Source of the DNA: a bacterium | Lineage (GTDB): Bacteria > Zhuqueibacterota > Zhuqueibacteria > Oceanimicrobiales > Oceanimicrobiaceae | Length of the DNA stretch: 43,830 nucleotides | NCBI GenBank assembly: GCA_046758365.1 | Contig: JBHIAC010000010.1 | Location: forward strand, 1 to 43,830 | Reading direction: 5' to 3' | The notes under the pieces: model-generated | Told to the model about the DNA's origin: nothing | The model's database searches: none | What the model saw: the letters and a program-made list of their open reading frames with translations, nothing else | Program-made: the position numbers and the translations under genes | Part shown: positions 38,165-43,830 of the stretch, in pieces | How positions within the stretch are numbered: position 1 is the stretch's first letter | Layout: each line of letters starts with the position of its first letter

Positions 38165-40633
38165 ATGAACGGAGTTAACCCAGAGCAAGATATTCGAATC
38201 GGTGTGTTTATCTGTGACTGCGGCTTGAATATTGCAGGCGTAGTCGATACCCAGGCGGTGGCAGATTACGCCAAAACCCTGCCCAATGTAGTGACAGTGG
38301 TTCGCAATAAATACACCTGCGCTGATCCTGGCCAGAATGAGATTAAGAAAGCTATTAAGGAGTATAATCTGACTCGGGTGGTGGTGGCTTCGTGTACGCC
38401 CAAGATTCACGAGCCCACCTTCCGCAACTGCGTGGCCGAGGCAGGATTGAATCCATACCTCTTTGAGATGGCCAACATTCGTGAGCACTGCAGTTGGGTA
38501 CACCAGTACGAAAAAGAGACTGCAACAATGAAGGCTATGGATTTGGTGCGCAGTGCGGTCTTTAGAGCCAAACTCTTGGAGCCCCAGGTTGAGCCTGTCT
38601 ATCCGGTAACCCAAGCTGCGCTGGTTATCGGTGGCGGCGTCGCTGGAATTCAAGCCGCTCTGGACATCGCCGATGCTGGCCACCAAGTTTATTTGGTCGA
38701 AAAGGAGCCTTCCATCGGCGGAATCATGGCCGCGCTGGACAAGACATACCCGACCATGGACTGTAGTATATGAATACTCGGTCCAAAGATGATGGATGTC
38801 GGTCGACATCCCAAGATTAAACTTTTAACTAATAGTCAAGTCGAGAATGTCACAGGTTTCGTTGGAAATTTCAAAGTAACCGTGCGTAAAAAGGCGCGCT
38901 ATGTTGACGAAGACGCTTGCACCGCTTGTAGCGATTGTGAGGTGGTCTGCCCGGTGGTGGTACCCGATGAATATCAGCAAGGATTTTCATCTCGAAAAGC
39001 CATCTACATACCCTTTCCTCAAGCCGTACCTTCTTCCTATGTTCTGGACATGGAACACTGTTTAGGCACAAACCCCATAGCCTGTGGCAAGTGTGCGGAC
39101 GCTTGCGAGAAACAGTGCATCGATTATGACGCCAAAGAGGATATTTTTGACTTGGAAGTGGGGTCTGTTGTTGTGGCCACGGGAATGGAGCCGTATGACC
39201 CCACCGAAATGGACGAGTATGGATACACGCGATTTGAGAATGTCATTACGAGCATGGAGTTTGAACGTCTAATTTGTGCTGGTGGACCGACAGAAGGGCA
39301 TTTCATTCGGCCAACCGACCGGAAAACCCCAAAAAATGTGGCCTTCATCCAGTGTGTGGGTTCGCGCTCTCTGAATCGCGGTGTGCCTTACTGCAGCAAT
39401 ATTTGTTGTATGAACACAGTAAAAGATACCTTGCTTTTGCACGATCACTATCCCGATCTCGGGAGCAAAGTATTTTATATGGATATACGTGCGTTCGGAA
39501 AAGGATTTGAAGACCTCTACCGTCGGAGTAAAGAAGCGGGTGTACAGTACATTCGAGGGTTACCCGCCGACGTTGAAGAAGACCCGCAGACCAAAAATCT
39601 CCTTTTGACCGTTGAGAATACACTTACTGGAAAAATCGAAAAGCATGAAGTTGACATGGTGGTTCTGGCTGTTGGATTGATACCCAGAAAAGACAGTGCA
39701 CTTATTCGACAATTGCTCACGCTTTCTCCGACGTCGGACGGTTTTGTTATGGAAGCCCATCCAAAATTGAAACCCGTGGATGCCCCAACTAAGGGCGTCT
39801 TTTTTGCAGGTTGTGTCGAATCACCTAAGGACATAAAAGACAGCGTAACACAGGCCAGTGCGGCAGTGGCCCGCTCCAACATTCTTTTAAATGCGGGAGA
39901 GGTTCAAATTGAGGCGATTACTTCCATAATCCATGAAGATCTTTGCAATTTCTGCGGTCGTTGTGTGCGCGTCTGCCCATATCATGCTATTACTCCAACA
40001 AATAAAAAACAGAAAATTTATCCGATGGTTATTGAAGCCGCCTGCTCGGGGTGTGGAACCTGTTCGGCCGAGTGTCCTACCGATACTATCACCATGCGGC
40101 ATTTCAACGATGCGCAGTACTATGCCCAAATCGATGCCATTTTAGCGGAGAATCCATTAGACAAAATTGTGGCTTTTGCTTGCAACTGGTGCTCTTATGC
40201 CGGTGGAGATAATGCGGGAACGTCTCGGCTGCAATATCCACCCAACGTTCGGTTAATTCGCACCATGTGCAGCGGCCGGGTGGATGAGGATTTTATCCTA
40301 TATGCCTTTAAAAAAGGCGCGCCCCTGGTGCTGGTTTCCGGCTGCCATTTTTCCGATTGTCACTACATCAATGCCGTCACCTGGACCCAGCAGCGGGTAG
40401 AGAAGCTTTGGGATAAATTGGAAAAGATAGGTATCCGACCGCAGCGTCTGCAGTTAGAATGGATAAGTGCAGCAGAAGGTCAGAAGTTCGCCAAAGTCAT
40501 GCGTGAATTGGAAGAGTTGAGAAAGCAGGTAACTAAGGAAGAAATAGAATTTACCATGCAAGTTCTAGGCAATGACAAAAAACCTATAGTGAAAAAGCCG
40601 GTAAAAGAAAAGGAAATGACAGCAATAAGCTGA
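38165..40633 (+). CDS. hdrA: Heterodisulfide reductase subunit A fused to MvhD; selenoprotein (822 aa, Sec203, UGA at 38771-38773)
   Basis: Two in-frame ORFs join as [23 protein letters not shown], the HdrA DCSxC(U)IL motif. Other motifs: [40 protein letters not shown] and YCSNICC. C-terminal MvhD motifs [18 protein letters not shown] and GCHFSDCHY. Confidence 0.93.
38794..38811 (+). promoter_or_regulatory. Candidate bacterial SECIS element of hdrA
   Basis: Perfect 7-bp stem GGATGTC/GACATCC with a GGTC loop that starts 27 nt after the UGA. Confidence 0.75.
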
Positions 40634-40742
40634 TTGGATTTACAGAAAAATACGAGTGATGTGGCTTTCAACAAATTAAAGAGAAATCAGAATGTAGATA
40701 TATAGTAAAATTTTATTATCAAGTTAAGGAGGTGTTCGAAAC

Positions 40743-41210
40743 ATGCCGCTTAAAAAATCAGACATAGCCTCTCAGATTGAAAAAGAGCACGAATGTATTA
40801 AGCGAGATATGGTTGACATAAAAATGGATGTTATGAAGGAGGTCTCACCGAAGAATTTCCCGGACTGGAGGCTTGAGTTTATCTGGCGACTGAGGGATTT
40901 TAAAACCCATCTGTTAAAGCATTTTGATTTGGAAGAAGAAGGCGGATTTATGAATGAAATTTTAAGCGAAGCACCAGAGGCCATGAATCAAGTCAAAAAG
41001 CTTGAAGCTGAACACGGTCAGATTGTGTCCGATTTAGACCGAATCTTGTCAGACCTGAAGGAGATGCAAGAAAAGGATATTTCAAAATTAGATGGTATTC
41101 GAAATTGCGTAATTCAATTAATCTCTACCATCCGCGCCCACGAGACCGCTGAAGATAACTTAATTCAGACGGTTTACTATCAGGAGTACGGCTATCCTGC
41201 ATCCAGTTAA
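40743..41210 (+). CDS. Hemerythrin/HHE-domain protein
   Basis: EKEH, KHFDLEE, EAEH and HETAED metal-ligand pattern. AAGGAGG SD. Confidence 0.85.
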   Translation: MPLKKSDIASQIEKEHECIKRDMVDIKMDVMKEVSPKNFPDWRLEFIWRLRDFKTHLLKHFDLEEEGGFMNEILSEAPEAMNQVKKLEAEHGQIVSDLDRILSDLKEMQEKDISKLDGIRNCVIQLISTIRAHETAEDNLIQTVYYQEYGYPASS

Positions 41211-41240
41211 ACCAAGCTCAGATTTTAAAAATCTAACATC

Positions 41241-41765
41241 AGGAACAAAATTTACTTACAACCCTTGAGTTCATTTACGATGAATCAAAGCCCTTCGATG
41301 GAAATTTTGCGAGATTATACCGCCGCCTACTTTGCTATGGAAGTAAAAATTCTTCCTGCTCTGAATTTGAACGAAGGCAACGTAACAACTCGCATCAATC
41401 CATTTACCGGGAATCGGCAAATCTTAACGGGTGATGTGTTAGCGGTTCTCAAGAGGAAGCTTCCCGCTGATGCCTTCAGCTTCTTGGCCATTAGCATGGA
41501 AGACCTTTATCCCGATCCTTCATGGAATTTTGTTTTTGGTCAGGCCTCTCTAAAAGAGCGCATCGGAGTTTACAGCTTTGCACGGTATGATCCGGCTTTT
41601 TATAGGGAGGAGCGTAGGAAGGACTATCAAAAGCTCTTATTAAAGCGAAGCTGCAAAGTCCTTGTCCATGAGATGGCCCACATGTTCGGCTTAATGCATT
41701 GTATATTCTTTAAATGCGTTTTGAACGGCTCCAATGTTATTGAAATAAAATTTAAGGAAGCATAA
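41241..41765 (+). pseudogene. Archaemetzincin (peptidase M54) gene fragment, apparently truncated at both ends
   Basis: RNKIYLQPL (upstream of the TTG, no start codon, stop at 41226), DLYPDPSWNFVFGQA, SFARY and HEMAHMFGLMHCIFFKCVLNGSN. It ends without the downstream CPxC-type Cys motif expected for the family. Confidence 0.65.
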
Positions 41766-41920
41766 TGGCAGAATCAGCTTATTTTAAATGTTTAAGATGC
41801 AACCATGAATATGTTGGCGAATACACGCCAAAAGTGGCGGAAGAGCGAACCTGCCCCAAATGTGGCAGCAACAGTGTGAGGCGTTTGAAATCGCCGCCTC
41901 CTAAGAAAGAAGTGAATTAG
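41765..41920 (+). CDS. Small zinc-ribbon protein (51 aa, FmdB-like), missing from the ORF track
   Basis: MAESAYFKCLRCNHEYVGEYTPKVAEERTCPKCGSNSVRRLKSPPPKKEVN, with two CxxC pairs. AAGGA SD upstream. Confidence 0.8.
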   Translation: MAESAYFKCLRCNHEYVGEYTPKVAEERTCPKCGSNSVRRLKSPPPKKEVN

Positions 41921-42125
41921 ATAGAAACCTCCCGCAGGTTCAATAACCCGACTTTACTATAAGGTAGGTAGTACCTTTTCAAAAAGAAGAAATAGGCTAA
42001 AATTGTTAAAGTAGAGGGGGACTGACAATGGCTCTAAACGACAATGTTCAGGCTATTATCCTGACTAGTAACCTAATATACTTCAAGATTCTTTTGGAAT
42101 GGATTAATAGGTACACTTTTTTAAA

Positions 42126-42719
42126 ATGCAAGAAGTGATTAAGCTCCCCAAACCCAATACAGAGGGTGGCAGTTCTTTCACCTCTGCATTAGCACAGCGC
42201 AGGTCTGTGAGAGGATTTTCAAAGAAGGATTTAACTTTAGCAGAAGTCGGTCAACTTCTTTGGGCGGCTCAGGGAATCACAGATTTGGCAGAAGGGTTTC
42301 GGACTGCGCCTTCTGCTGGCGCGCTTTATCCATTGGAAGTTTATGTTGCCAAATATGACGGCCTTTTTCACTACCGCCCGAATGGTCATACTTTGGTTCA
42401 AAAAAGCGATGAAGATGTTCGCCGAAAATTGAGAAAGACAGCCATAGATCAAATGTTTGTAGAAGAAGCTCCCTGTGTATTTATCATTACTGGCATTTAT
42501 GAACGCACCACAAGAAAGTATGGCGAAAGGGGCGTTCGCTACCTGCACATGGAAGCCGGGCATGTTGCCCAGAATATTCTTTTGCAGGCTGTGGCGTTAG
42601 GATTTGGCGGGGTTCCGGTTGGCGCGTTTCATGACCGTGAGATCTCTGAAATTTTAAACTTGAATGAAAAGGAAAGGTCTCTTTATTTGATTCCTATCGG
42701 GGTACCCAAGATTAATTAA
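42126..42719 (+). CDS. SagB/ThcOx-family nitroreductase-fold protein
   Basis: RRSVR, QLLWAAQG, RTAPSAGALYPLE, KYGERGVRY and EAGHVAQN motifs. Confidence 0.92.
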   Translation: MQEVIKLPKPNTEGGSSFTSALAQRRSVRGFSKKDLTLAEVGQLLWAAQGITDLAEGFRTAPSAGALYPLEVYVAKYDGLFHYRPNGHTLVQKSDEDVRRKLRKTAIDQMFVEEAPCVFIITGIYERTTRKYGERGVRYLHMEAGHVAQNILLQAVALGFGGVPVGAFHDREISEILNLNEKERSLYLIPIGVPKIN

Positions 42720-42874
42720 CTGGATTTTCAGATTAACATTGAATTAACCGCGAAGCTAACTAACTTAATGGCGAATGACTTGAGTACATACTAATTCAAT
42801 TCTAAGTAAATAACATAACAGTGAAATGTATTGTAATTCTAAATTATTTAATCTATTGAAGGAGGTGGATTGAA

Positions 42875-43801
42875 ATGAAAATTTCAGTTATCGGTGCCGG
42901 ACATGTAGGCGAAACCACGGCTCTCATGATCGCACAAAAAGAACTTGGAGACATCGTGCTCATGGATATCATTGAAGATATGCCTAAAGGAAAAGCTCTG
43001 GATATGGCTGAAGCCAGCCCTGTGGGTGGATTTGATGTAAAATATGTGGGTACCAATGAATATGGACCCATCGAAGGCTCTGACATTGTGGTCATGACTG
43101 CGGGACTGCCCCGTAAACCAGGGATGGATCGTATGGATTTGCTTGTAAAGAATGCGAAAATTATTCAGGGCGTAGCTGAGCAAATCAAAAAATTGGCTCC
43201 TAATAGCATTCTTCTAATGGTGGCCAATCCACTGGATGTCATGGCCTATGTCGCGATGAAAGTTACAGGCTTTTCAAGAGATCGGGTGTTTGGCATGGCA
43301 GGAGTTCTAGATTCTACCCGGTTCCGCTATTTTATTGCAGAGGCCCTAAACGTTTCAGTGGAGAATACTCAAGCTATGGTTCTTGGAGGCCACGGCGATT
43401 CCATGTTGCCTCTTCCACGATATACTACGGTTTCAGGCGTGCCCATTACCCAATTACTTAATCAAGAAACCATTGACAAAATCGTTGAACGCACACGTAA
43501 AGGTGGCGGAGAGATTGTCAGCCTTTTGAAAACGGGAAGTGCTTATTATGCTCCTGCGGCTTCCATTACCCAAATGGTGGAGTCTATTGCAAAGGACAAA
43601 AAGCGATTATTACCAGGTTCTGCCTATTTGAAAGGAGAATACGGTTTAAATAACGTATTTGCTGGGGTGCCTATTATTCTTGGTGCCAACGGTATGGAAA
43701 AAGTTGTACAAATTGAGTTGATGCCTGATGAAATCGAAGCCCTACATAAATCTGCTGCTGAGGTGAAAAAAGGCATGGATGTTTACGATAAAGGATTGTA
43801 G
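42875..43801 (+). CDS. mdh: Malate dehydrogenase (LDH-like)
   Basis: [45 protein letters not shown] and GSAYYAPA motifs. Confidence 0.96.
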   Translation: MKISVIGAGHVGETTALMIAQKELGDIVLMDIIEDMPKGKALDMAEASPVGGFDVKYVGTNEYGPIEGSDIVVMTAGLPRKPGMDRMDLLVKNAKIIQGVAEQIKKLAPNSILLMVANPLDVMAYVAMKVTGFSRDRVFGMAGVLDSTRFRYFIAEALNVSVENTQAMVLGGHGDSMLPLPRYTTVSGVPITQLLNQETIDKIVERTRKGGGEIVSLLKTGSAYYAPAASITQMVESIAKDKKRLLPGSAYLKGEYGLNNVFAGVPIILGANGMEKVVQIELMPDEIEALHKSAAEVKKGMDVYDKGL

Positions 43802-43830
43802 TTTTAAGAATTTGACACGGAATACCACAG

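Noticed and set aside
38789..40633. Treating the 202-aa and 614-aa ORFs as two separate genes
   Set aside because: The break falls in the middle of a conserved HdrA motif at a known Sec position and is followed by a SECIS-like hairpin.
42028..42138. 36-codon ORF (MALNDNVQAII...) after a GAGGGGG SD
   Set aside because: No recognisable features and it overlaps the next gene start. Insufficient support.
42126..42719. RiPP (azole) biosynthetic cluster around the SagB-like gene
   Set aside because: No YcaO, precursor peptide or transporter nearby. Stand-alone members of this family are common.
1939..43183. Numerous antisense and alternate-frame ORFs in the ORF track (e.g. 4579-5280, 31660-32190, 33509-34012, 38144-38809)
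   Set aside because: They overlap well-supported genes and show no recognisable motifs, so they are treated as shadow ORFs.

Overview
A roughly 40% GC bacterial chromosomal segment (by eye), almost all on the + strand, that reads as an anaerobic amino-acid/organic-acid catabolism and redox region. It carries nth, a CstA-type and a DASS/SLC13 transporter, gdhA with its PEP-synthase-like neighbour, cydAB, a CoA-transferase, maeB, a feoB locus, methionine gamma-lyase, a glucosylglycerate-synthase-like glycosyltransferase, a divergent alanine dehydrogenase, a four-subunit 2-oxoacid:ferredoxin oxidoreductase, an Hdr-like electron-transfer cluster and mdh. Reading beyond the ORF track shows six things. 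(1) There are two probable selenoproteins, each with an in-frame UGA and a downstream hairpin with a GGU apical loop: an HdrA-MvhD fusion and an ArsM-like methyltransferase with an N-terminal Cys-Sec pair, both in the Hdr cluster. (2) One promoter architecture (paired TCYYA-N4-TRRGA palindromes, an IHF site and a sigma54 -24/-12 element) recurs upstream of gdhA, the CoA-transferase and ald, defining a candidate sigma54 regulon. (3) The 5' end of an integron-integrase-like gene lies at the left edge. (4) A hemerythrin gene interrupted by TAG has an intact paralog in the window. (5) An archaemetzincin fragment and small unannotated ORFs are present. (6) Several REP/MITE-like repeats are present. 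All protein calls come from motif recognition by eye; no database search was run.
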